A DNA stretch of 64,000 nt from Malacoraja senta (lineage: Eukaryota), in assembly GCA_038087875.1 (NCBI GenBank), contig CM075994.1, positions 11,596,001 to 11,660,000 of the forward strand, in the 5' to 3' direction. Within the stretch, counting starts at the first letter, position 1. The number at the start of each line of letters is the position of its first letter. The notes under the pieces are model-generated. The model was not told the DNA's origin and ran no database searches. It saw nothing but the letters and a program-made list of their open reading frames with translations. Shown in pieces: positions 51,131 through 64,000 of the stretch. The translations under genes and the position numbers were made by a program.

Positions 51131-52728
51131 AGAGAGAGCTGGAAACGCTTCAGGGGCGAGGCAGCGTTACTGAAGAGGGGGGGAGATCTACGTCCACGTC
51201 CCAATCCCCGCTCGGCTTCCTGCCGCAGATCAGAGCTGGAGGTTGCGAGGGGGGGGGGGTGGAGGCGTTGGACAAGGCTCGGTGTCGGTGAGGGCACAAG
51301 ACACTGCAGTCGCTGGAATCTGGAAAGGGGATCCGTGGTGGAAACAGTGCATGTTGTAGTTTCAGGTGGGGACCCTGTATTCACAGACCCTGATGCAGAG
51401 TCTCAGTCTGAAACCGCCACATACCATTTTCTACCCCTTTCATCTCCACAGATGTTGCTCGTACTGCTGAGTTCTTATAGGCTGCTGTTTTTGTTTTTTG
51501 TTTTTTAATTACAAAGTCATATAGCATGGAAGCAGGCCATTCGGCCCAACTCATTCATACCGGCCCTTCCAAGCTGGTCGCATATGCCCACATTTGGGCC
51601 ATACCCCTCTAAACATTTCCTATCCATGTACCTGTCCAAGTGTCGCTTAAGTGCGGTTATCGTCCCTGTCTCAGCCACATACTCTGGCAGCTCGTTCCAT
51701 ACCCACCACTCTCTGTGTGAGGAAGCTGTTCCCCAGCTTTCTATTAAATCTTGCCCCTCGCACCTTGAACCTGTGTTCTCTGCTTTTTGATTCCCCGGCA
51801 CTTAGTTAAAGACTGTGCATTCGCCCTATCCCCCCTCAAAATGTTATACACCTCCATTAGATCACCTCTCAGCCTCCTGCACTCCAAGGAACAAAATCCT
51901 AGCCTGCCCAACCTCTACATGTAGTTCAGGCAACTGAATCATCCTTCCACAACCAGAGAACAGTGCTGAACTACTATGTACCTCTATGTTGACCCTAGGA
52001 TTATCCTTGATTAGACGTTGCTGGCTTTAACTTGCACGGTACTATACTATACATCATTCCCTCTCAATGTTCCCTCATCACGAATTACACTGTAAATGGC
52101 TCGATTTTAATCATGTATTGTCTTTCTGCTGACTGGATAGCACGCAACAAAAGCTTTTCACTGTACCTGGATACATGTGACAAATAAACTAAACTAAACT
52201 AAACTAGGCACTCGAGTCCTGGCAACATCCTCGTAAATCTTCAATGTACTCATTCCAGCTTAATAACATTGTTGCTACAGCAGGGTGACCAAAACAGAAC
52301 ACAATACTCCAAGAGTGGCCTCACCAACATTTTGCACAACTGCAACGTAATCTCCCAGTTTCCAAACTCAATACGCTGACTGATGAAGGCCAATCCACCA
52401 AGAACCATCTTCACCAGCCTATCGACCAGTGACACCACATTGTTGACGGAGGTCACGGGGCTGTGGGGTTAAAGTGCAGAGGTCACGGGCTGTCAGGTTT
52501 ATCTTCTTACCTGGGACAGGATGTACCTATGACAAAGGTTGATGGGCCGGTCCCAGGGATGGGGGATGTGCCGACGAGCTGCGACTGTCGACTGGGAGCG
52601 GAGTCTCCAGAGTTTGTGAGCATGAGAGGGAGGTGACTGACTCTTACACAAAGCCCACGGGGCTGGACAGACTGGCCTGTGGCCAGGAGTCAGTCTCCGA
52701 TCAAAAATAAAAGACGAAGTTTATTCTC

Positions 52729-52883
<155 letters not shown>

Positions 52884-53642
52884 AGAGATGCAACGGGACC
52901 TTTGTGATCAGAGCACCCTTTCCCTGCCCTGCTCTCGAGAGAATCAGTCTTTATTCGGCGAGGAGAGATGAGCAGTCTCTCTCCCGTGCCCTTACCCCAC
53001 ACAGCCTGACCAGTTAAGCCCCACGATGCTCCCACATTCACAGCGATGACCACGGGTCACTGGTCACACGACTGTCCACTGACACCCCCTCTGTCCAGTG
53101 CACTGGCACGGACACTCCTTCTGAACAGTGCACTGGCACAGGTATGGTCTGGTACTTTATTTGTCACCTGTACCGAGGTACAGGGAAATTCATGTTTGGA
53201 TACAGTTTAGTACAAGTATCACTATGCATAACCACTTAGATACATATTAGATAAGCATTGTAGATACAGTGTTGGTGTACAGCAGTAGTACAGTGAGACA
53301 GAATACAAAGTTGTCAGTTTGGCGCCATGTTCAAGTCGTAGTTGTTGTAAGTGCAGGGATCTTGATCTGCCCGTGAAGCCCGTTGTCCTGGCGGCGTTAC
53401 AGGGTCCGCCTGGCCAAGAGTAGCCGTGGTGTCCTCCACCGCTCCTCCACCACGTGCTCGGCCTCTTGGAGCGGCGCCAGGTCCAGCCGAGCCCTAGGCA
53501 GCTGCAGGACCTCCAGCGGCCCACTCCCACGTCGAGGCCGTGCACTCCCTCCCGCAGCCGATCTGCTCACCGCCCCTCCAGCTGGGTTCCCGTGGGTCCT
53601 CGATACGTGGCGGGCAAGCCGGTTCTTCCGGGCTGGTCCTCG

Positions 53643-54668
53643 GTTATCCCACTTTTTAAGAAAGGCGGGAGAGAGAAAACAGTGAATTATAGACCAATTA
53701 GCCTGACAATGGTGGTGGAGAAGCTGCTGGAGTCAATCATAAAAGATGAAATAGCGGCACATTTGGATAGCTGTAACAGGATCGATTCGAGTCAGCATGG
53801 GTTTACAAAGGTGAAATCATGCTTGACTAATGTTCTGGAGTTTTCAGAAGATGTAACTAGGAGACTGGACAAGGGAGAGCTAGTGGATGTAGTGTACCTG
53901 GACTTTCAGAAAGCCTTTGATAAGGTCCCACATGGAAGATTAGTGGGCAAAATTAGGGCACATGGTATTGGGGGTAGAGTACTAATAAAGATAGAAAATT
54001 GGTTGCAGACAGGAAACAAAGAGTAGGGATTAACGGGTCATTTTCAGAATGGCAGGCAGTGACTAGTGGGGTACCATAAGGCTCGGTGCTGGGACCGCAG
54101 ATATTTACAATATACATTTATGATTTAGATGAAGGGATTAAACGTAATATGAGCAAATTGTCAGATGACACAAAGCTGGGTGGCAGTGTGAATTGGGAGG
54201 AAGTACAACGAGATCTGGGGGGTCCTTGTTCATCAGTCAATAAAAGTAAGCATGCTGGTCCAGCAGGCAGTGCAGAAAGGCCTTCATAACAAGAGGAGTT
54301 GAGTATTGGAGCAAAGAGCTCATTCTGCAGTTATACAGGGCCCTGATGAGACCACACCTGTAGTATTGCGTGCAGTTTTTGTCTCCAAATCTGAGGAAGG
54401 ACCTTCTTCCTATTGAGGGCGTGCAACGTGGGTTTGAGTATTGGAGCAAAGAGCTCATTCTGCAGTTATACAGGGCCCTGATGAGACCACACCTGTAGTA
54501 TTGCGTGCAGTTTTTGTCTCCAAATCTGAGGAAGGACCTTCTTCCTATTGAGGGCGTGCAACGTGGGTTCACGGCGTTTATTCCCGGGATGGCGGGACTG
54601 TCATACGTTGAATGAATGGAATGACTGGGCTTGTACACAGTGGAATTTAGAAGGATGAGAGGGGATCT

Positions 54669-54765
<97 letters not shown>

Positions 54766-55775
54766 TTATTGGCCAAGTATTCACATACAAGGAATTTGCC
54801 TTGGTGCTCCGCCCACAAGTAACAACATGACATACGGTGACAGTTACGAATGACTCAGAAAACACTAAACATTAATAATAATAAAACATTAATGATAAAA
54901 CACCATTGATCAAGTATGTGAACCAACAAAATGCCAGAGCAAAGGGAGGCTACAGATTTTTGGCTGTTGAGTAGAGCAACTACTCATGGATAAAAACAGT
55001 TTTTATGTCTGGCTGTGGCAGCTTTTACAATCCGGTGTCGCTTTCCGGAGGGAAGTGATTCAAAAAGCTTGTGGCCAGGGTGTGAGGGGTCAGAAATGAT
55101 CTTGCCCGTTCGCTTCTTGGCCCTTGCAGTGTACAGTTCATCAATGGAGGGAAGGTTGCAGCCAATGACCTTCTCTGCTGATCGGACGATTCGCTGCAGC
55201 CTCCGGATATCGTGTTTGGTGGCTGAGCCAAACCAGACCATGATGGAGAAGGTGAGGACAGACTCTACGATGGCAGTATAGCATTGGACCATCATTGCCT
55301 GGGGCAGATTGTGCTTCCTCAGCTGCCGTAGGAAGTACATCCTCTGTTGTGCGTTTTTGACTGTGGAGTCGATGGTAGCCCCCCACTTAAGGTTGATATT
55401 ATATATTGAAACATATATTGAAACATATAAGATTATTTAGGGATTGGACACTGTGGAGGCAGGAAACGTGTTCCCGATGTTGGGAGAGTCTTGAACCAAG
55501 GGCCACAGTTTAAGAATATGGGATAGGCCATTTTGAATGGAGATGAGGAAAAACGTTTTCACCCAGAGAGTTGTGAATCTGTGGAATTCTCTGCCTCAGA
55601 AGGCAGTGAAGTCCAATCCTCTGAATGTTTTCAAGAGAGAATTGGATATTCTTAAAGATAGTGGAGTCAGGGAAGAAGACTGGAACGGGGTACTGATTGT
55701 GGATGATCAGCCATGATCGCATTGAATGGCGGTGCTTGCTCGAAGGGCCGAATGGCTTACACCTGCAACTATTGT
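53643..55775 (+). mobile_element. CR1 LINE 3' part with an internal 135-bp tandem duplication and a nested Rex1/Babar insert
   Basis: NYRPISLT...[11 protein letters not shown] motifs, duplication at 54298-54568, insert at 54668-55390. Confidence 0.85.
54668..55390 (-). mobile_element. Rex1/Babar-clade LINE 3' end with (ACTT)n tail
   Basis: YFLRQLRK...YTAIVESVLTFSIMVWFG...DPSHPGHKLFESLPSGKR, with (TAAG)n at 54668-54765. Confidence 0.8.
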
Positions 55776-56147
55776 CCAAGATGCTGGTTTAAACCGAAGA
55801 TAGACACAAAATGTTGGAGTAACTCAACGGACAAGCAGCATCTCACGGGAATGGACCCATTCATTCTCTCCGGAGATGCTGCCTGTCCCGCTGAGTTACT
55901 CCAGAATATGGTGTCCATGTTCTGCATTCAGTCCACTGCTCACTGAATAGAAGGGTTGCGCGCTGCCTTTAGGCGGCAGCAGCAGCAGCAGCGGCAGCAA
56001 CGGCTTCCAGAGACAGAAACTCAACCTGTACAGCCTCGCTATACCCAGCAACCGCTCTGCTCCCATTGGCCAGTGCCACGGCTGGCAGCCGCGCCCCACT
56101 GCAACTTCGCAGCGAATGTGAAACCGGTGGAAATCGCCTGGCAGCGT

Positions 56148-58026
56148 GGGGGGAGGGGAGAGGGGGGGAGGGGGAGGAGGAGAGGGGGACAGGAAAGGGG
56201 GAGGAGGAGAGCGGGACAGGAAAGGGGGAGGGGAGAGGGTGCGGGGAGAGGGGGAGAGGAGAGAGAGGGGAGAGGGGGAGGGGAGGGGGATGGGGAGAGG
56301 GAGGGGGAGGGGGAGCGGAGAGGGAGGGAAGAGTGAGAGGGGGAGTGGAAGGAGGGGGGATGGAGAGAGGGGCAGGGAGAGGAGAGAGGAGAAGGGGTGG
56401 GGAGAGGGGGAGGGGAGAGAGGGGAAGGGGCGAGAATAGAGGGGGAGAAGGCAGCCGGGGAAGGGAGAGGGGGAGAAGCGGAAGGGGGAATGGGGAGAGC
56501 GGTGGAGAGGGGGGGGGAAGGGGAGGGGAGAGGGGAAGCGAAGAGGGGGGAGAGGGGGAGGGGAGAGGGGGAGGGGAGAGGAGGAGGGGAGAGGAGGAGG
56601 GGAGAGGGGAGGGGGAGTGAGAGGGGGAGGGGGAGGAGGCGACTGACTCACAGCCGCGCTCTGCTCCCATTGGCCACTGTCTCGGCTGGCAGCCGCGCCC
56701 CACTGCAGCTTCGCAGCGAAGGTGAAACCGGTGAAAATCCCCTGAGAGAGCGAGGGGGAGGAGTGAGAGAGAGAAGGGAAGGTGAGAGGTGGAGCGGAAG
56801 GGGAGAGTAGAGTAGAGAGGAGAGGGGGAGGGGAGAGAGGGAAGGGGAGAGGTAGAGGGGAATGGGAGAGGTGGAGGGGAAGGGGAGAGTAGAGGGGAGA
56901 GGGGCAAGTTGTGAGGTGAGGGGGGAGAGGAGAGGGGAAGGGAGAGGAGAGAGGGAGCGGGTGGGATGGGAGATGGGGGAGAGGAAGGAGAGAGGGGAGG
57001 GCGGGTACAGAGGGGGAGGGGAGAGGGAGCGGGACTGGAGTGGGTGAAGGGAGAGGGGAGGAAAGAGGAAGAGGGAGAGGGGGAGGGGCAGTGGGTTAGG
57101 AGTGAGGGGGAGCTAGATGGGAGAGGAGGTGACGGCGAGGCGAGGGGAGGCTGGGGGAGAGTGAAGGGGGAGGGGAGAGAGGGAGAGGAGTGGGATAGGA
57201 GAGGGGAAGGCAGAGGGGTGAGGGGGGGAGGAGAGGGCAGGGATGTAGAGGGGAGGGGAGAAGGGAGGGAAGGGGAGAGGGTGAGGGAGCGCGAGGAAGA
57301 GGGGGAAGGAGAGGGGAGATGGGGAGGGGGATGATAGGGGAGGGGAGAGGGAGGGGAGGGGGAACTGAAGGCGTGAGGGAATGGTAGAGGGGAGAGAGGG
57401 GGAGCAAGAGAGGGGGAGGAAGAGAGGGGGAGGGAGAGAGGGGGAGGGGCGAGAGGGGGAGGGGCGAGAGGGAGAGGAATGTGAGGGGAAAGAGGGTGAA
57501 TGAGAGGGGGAGAGGGAGTGGAGGAGGGAGGGGAAGAGCGGGAGGGAAGAGAGGGGATGTAGTGGGGAGATGGAGAGAGGGGAGGAGAGGGGATAGAGGT
57601 AGAGGGGGAGGGGGTGAGAGAGGGGAGGGGGAGCGGGGGAGGGAGAAGGAGAGGTGGGATTGGGGGAGGGAGGGGAGATGGAGGGTAGTTGGAAGGCGGG
57701 AGAGGGGGATGGTAGAAGAGGGGGAAGGGAGGGTAGAAAGGGGAGATGGGGAGGGGGGAGGGGGAGGGGTCGCAGAGTGAGGGAACGGGAAGGGGAAAGA
57801 AGTGGAGATTGGTGGGGGACGAGAGGGGAATAGGAAGACGGGAGAAGATGGGGAGGAGAGGGGGAGTGGGGAAGGTAGAGCTGGGGAGGGGAGAGGTGAA
57901 AAGGAGAGGGAGAAGGAGAGCAGGAGAGCGGGCGAGAGGGGAGGGCAGAGAGGGGAGGTAGAACGGGAGGGGAGAGGGAGGGAGGTAGAGCGGGAGGGGT
58001 GGGGGAGAGGGCGCGTGGCGAGGGGG
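56148..58026. repeat. Polypurine G/A-rich low-complexity tract, about 1.9 kb
   Basis: Read directly from the sequence; interrupted once at 56640-56745. Confidence 0.95.
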
Positions 58027-61000
58027 GAAACATAGAAACATAGACAATAGGTGCAGGAGTAGGCCATCCGGCCCGAGCCTGCACCGCCATTCAATATGAT
58101 GATCCAACTCAGTATCCTGTACCTGCCTTCTCTCCATACCCCCTGATCCCTTTAACCACAAGGGCCACATCTAATTCCCTCTTCAATATAGCCAATGAAC
58201 TGGCCTCAACTACCTTCTGTGGCAGAGAATTCCACAGATTCACCACTCTCTGCGTGAAAAATATTTTTCTCATCTCGGTCCTAAAAAACTTCCCCCTTAT
58301 CCTTAAACTGTGACCCCTTGTTCTGGACTTCCCCAACATCGGGAACAATATTCGTGCATCTAGCCTGTCCAACCCCTTATGAATTTTGTAAGTTTCTATA
58401 AAATCCCCCCTCAATCTTCTAAATTCTAGCGAGTACAAGCCTAGTCTATCCAGTCTTTCTTCATATGAAAGTCCGGCCATCCCAGGAAACATTCTGGTGA
58501 ACCTTCTCTGTACTCCCTCGATGACAAGAATGTCTTTCCTCAGATTAGGAGACCAAAACTGTACACAATACTCCAGGTGTGGTCTCACCAAGGCCCTGTA
58601 CAACTGCTGTAGAACCTACATGCTCCTATACTCAAATCCTTTTGCTATGAATGCTAACATACCATTCGCTTTCTTCACTGCCTGCTGCACCTGCATGCCT
58701 ACTTTCAATGACTGGTGTACCATGACACCCAGGTCTCGTTGCATCTCCCCATTTCCTAATCGGCCACCATTCAGATAATAGTCTACTTTCCTGTTCTTGC
58801 CACCAAAGTGGATAACCTCACATTAATCCACATTATACTGCATCTGCCATGCATTTGACCACTCACCCAACCTATCCAAGTCCCCTTGCAGCCTCCGAGC
58901 ATCCTTCTCACAGCTAACACTGTAGCCCAGCTACGTGTCATCCGCAAACTTGGAGATGTTGCATTCAATTCCCTCGTCCAAATCATTAATATATATTGTA
59001 AATAGCTGGGGTCCCAGCAGTGAGCCTTGCGGTAGCTGCCTGCCATTCTGAAAAGGACCCGTTTACTCCTACTCTTTGCTTCCTGTCTGCCAGCCAGTTC
59101 TCTATCCACATCAATACCGAACCCCCAATACCCTGTGCTTTCAGTTTGCATACTAATCTCTTATGTGGGACCTTGTCGAAAGCCTTCGGAAAGTCCAAAT
59201 ATAACACATCCACTGGTTCTCCCTTAACCACTCTACTAGTTACATCCTCAAAAAATTATATCAGTTTCGTCAGACTTGATTTACCTTTCATAAGTCCATG
59301 CTGACTTTGTCCAATGATTTCACCACTTTCCAAATGTGCTGCTATCCCATCTTTAATAACTGACTCTAGATTTTTCCCACTACCGATGTTAGACTAACTG
59401 GATTGTAATTCCCCGTTTTCTCTCTCCCTCCCTTTAAAAAAAAAGTGTGGTTACATCAGCTACCCTCCTATCCTCAGGAACTACTCCAGAATCTAAAGAG
59501 TTTTGAAAATTATCGTTATCACTTGACTTGACTAATACATCCACTATTTCTGGGGCTACTTCCTTAAGTACACTGGGATGCATCCTATCTGGCCCTGGGG
59601 ATTTATCGGCCTTTAATCAATTCAATTTACCTAACACCAGTTCCCGACTAACCTGGATTTCACTCAGTTCCTCCATCTCATTTGACCCCCGGTCCCCTAC
59701 TATTTCCGACAGATTATTCATGTCTTCCTTAGTGAAGACAGAACCAAAGTAGTTATTCAAATGGTCTGCCATGTCCTTGTTCCCCATGATCAATTCGCCT
59801 GTTTCTGACTGCAAGGGACCTACATTTCCTTTAACTAAACTTTTTCTCTTCACATATCTATAAACACTCTTGCAGTCAGTTTTTATGTTCCCTGCCAGTT
59901 TTTCTTTCATAATCTATTTCCCCTTTCCCTTTGTCCTCCTCTGCTGGACTGCATTTCTCTCACTCCTCTGGTAGGCTGCTTTTTCTGGCTAATTTGTATG
60001 CTTCATCTTTTGTTTTGATACTATCCATGATTTCCCTTGTTATCCACGGATGCACTACCTTCCCTGATTTATTATTTTCCCAAACTGGGATGAACAATTG
60101 TTGTAGTTCATCCATGCGGTCTTTAAATGCCTTCCGTTGCATATCCACCGTCAACCCTTTAAGAATCAATTGCCAGTCTGTCTTGGCCAATTCACGTCAT
60201 ATACCGTCAAAGTTACCTTTCTTTAAGTTCAGAACCCTTGTTTCTGAATTAACTATTTCACTCTCCATCCTAATGAAGAACTCAGCAATATTATGGTCAA
60301 TCTTGCCCAAGGGGCCACGCACAATAAGACTGCTAACTAACCTTTCCACATTACTCAATACCCAGTCTAGAATAGTCTGCTCTCTCGTTGGTTCCTCTAC
60401 ATGTTAGTTTAGTAAACTATCCCGCATACATTCCAAGAAATCCTCTTCCTCAGCACCCTGCCAATTTGATTCACCCAATCTATATTTAGATTGAAGTCAC
60501 CCATTATAACTGTTTTACCTTTGTTGCACGCATTTCTAATTTCCTGTTTGATGCCATCCCCAACTCCACTACTACTGTTAGGTTGCTTGTACACAACTCC
60601 CACTAGCGTTTCTGCCCCTTAGTGTTTCGCAGCTCCACCCATATCGATTCCACATCCTCCAAGCGAATGTCCTTCCTTTCTATTGCGTTAATCTCCTCTC
60701 TAACCAGCAACTCGACCCAACCTCCTTTTCCTTTCTGTCTATCCCTCCTGAATATTGAATATCCCTGGATGTTCAGCTCCCAGCCTTGGTCACCCTGGAG
60801 CCATGTCTCCGTGATCCCAACTATATCATAATCATTAATAGCTATCTGCACATTCAACGCATTCACCTTATTACGAATGCTCCTTGCATTGAGACACGAA
60901 GCCTTCAGGCTTGTTTTTACAACATTCTTACCCCTTATACAATTATGTTGAAAAGTGGCCCTTTTTGATTGTTGCCCTGGATTTGTCTGCCTGCAACCTT

Positions 61001-62010
61001 TACTTTTCACCTTGCAACCTATTGCTTCTACCCTCATTTTACACCCCTCTGTCTCCCTGCTCATGCTCCCATCCCCCTGCCACATTAGTTTAAATCCTCC
61101 CCGACAGCACTCGCAAACACTCCCCCAAGGACATTGGTTCCATTCCAGCCCAGGTGCAGACCGTCCTGTTTGTACTGGTCCCACCTCCCCAGAACTGATT
61201 CCAATGCCCTTGAAATTTGAATCCCTCCCCCTTGCACCATTTTTCAAGCCACGTATTCATCTGCAATATCCTCCTATTTCTACTCTGACTAGCAGGTGGC
61301 AATGGTAGTAATCCAGAGATTATTACCTTTGAGGTCTTACTTTTAAGTTTATCTCCAAGCACCCTAAATTCACCTTGTAGGACCTCATCCCGTTTTTTTA
61401 CCTATATCGTTGGTGCCAATGTGCACCACGACAACTGGCTGTTCACCCTCCCCCTCCAGAATGTTCTGCAGCCGCTCAGTGACATCCTGATCCTTGCACC
61501 CGGGAGGCCAAATACCATCCTGGAGTCTCGTTTGCGACCGCAGAATCGCCTATCTATTCCCCATACAATTGAGTCCCCTATTACTATAGACGTCCACTCT
61601 TTTTCCTCCCCTCCTGTGCCGCAGTGCCACCCACGGTGCCAGGTTCCCCTGATGAGCCATATAAACCTGGGGTTACTCCCAATCACCTGCCGCTTCCACC
61701 AATCAGCGGCTGCCTCTAGCCCACTTATTTTGAAGTGTGATGGATCGTTGCAGAGTGGGCCCGGACGCTGCTCCTCCCGCTCCAACCGCTCACCGCCCGG
61801 ACGCTGCTCCTCCCGCTCCAACCGCTCACCGCCCGGACGCTGCTCGTCCCGCTCCAACCGGCTCACCGCCCGGACGCTGCTCCTCCCGCTCCAAACGCTC
61901 ACCGCCCGGACGCTGCGCCCGCTGCTCCAACCGATCCTGGGCCTCTGTGGAACAAAGCCCCGCGCTCGCTTTTTAAACTCACCGCCCGGACGCTGCTCCT
62001 CCCGCTCCAA
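58027..62010 (-). mobile_element. Near full-length degenerate CR1 LINE
   Basis: ORF1 esterase (IGDSIV...RFCGRKRDSR) at about 61090-61600. Endonuclease CLNARSIRNK...GITETW...IMGDFN, RT motifs, and a tail at 58027-58050. The 5' boundary is approximate. Confidence 0.9.
61758..62010. repeat. GC-rich minisatellite, unit about 36 bp
   Basis: CGCCCGGACGCTGCTCCTCCCGCTCCAACCGCTCAC repeated about 6 times. Confidence 0.9.
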
Positions 62011-62029
62011 GTCCACATCAGCGCCTCTA

Positions 62030-62420
62030 CGTCCTGAGACGATTACGGAGTTTCGGTATGTCAAAGAGGATTCTCTTGAACTTCTACAGGTGCACAGTAG
62101 AGACCATATTGACTAGTTGCATCATTGTCTGGTTCGGCAACTTGAACGTCCGAGTGCGGAAAAGGCTGCAACCTGTTGAAAACACTACCCACTCCATCAC
62201 CGGCTCTGACCTCCCCACAATTGAAAGTATTTATCGGAGTCGCTGCCTCAAAAAGGCAGCCGATAACATCAGAAACACACCCCGTCCTGGCCTCACACTC
62301 ATTTCACCACTGCCATCGGGAAGAAGGTACAGGAGCCTGAAAACCGTAACGTCCCAGTTCAGGAACAGCTTCTTCCCTACAGCCGTCAGTCTATTAAACA
62401 CGACAACCTCATAATAATCA
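62030..62420 (+). mobile_element. Rex1/Babar-clade LINE ORF C-terminus
   Basis: FYRCTVETILTSCIIVWFG...LPSGRRYRSLK...FRNSFFPTAVSLLN. Confidence 0.8.
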
Positions 62421-64000
62421 ATTGTCATAACAACAATAGATTACAATTATTATTATTGTTGTTGCACTGCAGGACAGTATTGTTGCACTGTCCTGGTTGG
62501 TTTTTGAGTATGTGTGTATGTATATATGTATGTATGTGTGTATGTATATATGGGTATGTTGTGAGTATGTGTATATATACACACTGAACCTTTCTTCACT
62601 CTCTCTCGTTTGTCATATCATATTATGTGTAGTGCCCATTTGGCTTAATTTTGTGCGTCATAAATTATGCCATTTGCCTTTAAATTTTGTGTGCCTGTAA
62701 TTATGTAAGTGGGATTTATTACGTAGTCGGAGGCGTGTTTGCTGCTGGGATTCTTGCGCGGAAGCTGTTAGCTTTTTAGTTTAGTTCGGAGGAGGCATGG
62801 AGAAGGAATATCTTTCGACCATACGGAGCTTTCTAACGTTTCTAAGCGATATACTGGAGTCTGACGGATATTAAAGTGTACGTCAAAGAAGCAGGTGAGA
62901 TGAATATCTACTGTTTTGCTTCGACAATAAAGAAACTATTATCGAAAGTGTGTTGTGAAGATTTATCTTTCGAAAGGCTTTGAAAGTCTTGTGGAGAGCT
63001 CCCATGTGTAAACCGACACACTCTCCTCACCCCATGTTTTCACCTAAGTGGCTACAGGGAGCGATCTCTTGAACGATATAATAATCTGCCACCATACTAT
63101 GTTTGCACATTCTGTTGTTCTGCAGCAAGTAAGAATGTCATTGTTCTATCTGGGACATATGACGTATGAAATAAAACACCCTCGACTCTTGAATCTAAAA
63201 TGTCAAAGGGCCGAAGTCAGGTCATGTTTGAAATTGTCCGGAAAAGGATGGTGTCCACTTCCGTTGGGTAGGATCACGTGATGTAATATTGGCAGGAGAA
63301 ACATTGTGGAGTGACGGGCCCGTTAGGTGGAAACATTGCACTTAGATGAAGCAGCATCAACCATAAAGGAGATAACCATTACCACTACTAGCAATTGACT
63401 AGATTAGTTGCTGTTTCTTTGCAGGTTTCTACCATGAATGCGTCAGGTTAGAATCAATCGTTCTCCAACCAGCCTACATCTAATTGGCAGACAAACAAAT
63501 TGGAACTTATGCACATCGCTGCCTCAGTTTAGTTGAATATACCTATGTTTTCAGATTCCCCCATAACCCTAACCCTTTGGCAACGTCGATAATACGTCGA
63601 CCACACTCGGTAGTAACACAATATTCGCTTAAAATCCCTAAAAGAACCTTCATCTAACCATAACCATAGTTCCTCTTGTTTTCTGATCAGTCTATCATTG
63701 AAAATGTTTCTAACTACATATTCTACATATGCACCTTGTAATTGTTTTAGCTATATCAAGTAATTTCACCGCATTCTTTAGTGCATGGAAAGTAAACAAG
63801 ACTTATCCACCTACGTCCCTTGTCAAACGTCCTCCAAGACTGGCAATATCATCACAAATTCCTTGTACGCTCTATTTAGCCCAAGCACAAATTTCGTCTA
63901 CTGTGGCAATCAGATCTACACAGAGCACAGCAAGTGCTTTACAAATAGTGTATTACAAAAAGGGACCGATTCAGAACCTTTACATCCCACTTGTCGAACT

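Noticed and set aside
55969..58170. 733-aa Pro/Ser/Leu-rich ORF and overlapping Gly/Glu/Arg ORFs
   Set aside because: These are translations of the polypurine tract, which lacks stops because of its composition.
63405..63530. Acceptor TTTCTTTGCAG followed by an ATG
   Set aside because: The frame stops after five codons and shows no recognisable homology.

Overview
Eukaryotic, repeat-dense genomic DNA, most likely from a cartilaginous fish such as a skate or ray (inferred from the repeat families and gene types, not from a database search). Host-gene content is an apparently decaying immune/receptor cluster. It holds two tandemly duplicated six-exon TRIM genes (RING, B-box, coiled coil, PRY/SPRY; minus strand, 19807-26139 and 36354-44656), each with its own disabling lesions. 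Between them lies a spliced CD2/SLAM-like Ig-superfamily receptor pseudogene (plus strand, 27942-31728), and a GPR139/142-like GPCR pseudogene fragment sits at ~7212-7584. Mobile DNA includes a full-length degenerate Ty3/Gypsy element (8775-13460), many CR1 LINE pieces (one near full length, 58027-62010), Rex1/Babar ends, a Penelope-like GIY-YIG fragment, Penelope terminal repeats with minimal hammerhead-ribozyme cores, tRNA-derived SINEs, and possible Helitron and hAT ends. Structural highlights are two foldback hairpins, a multi-kb inverted duplication (48.6-56.1 kb) around an NF-kB/AP-1/ISRE motif cluster, and a 1.9-kb polypurine tract. I found no evidence of a prokaryote-type system such as CRISPR or an operon. 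The best leads are regulatory and structural, not a clearly new protein system.
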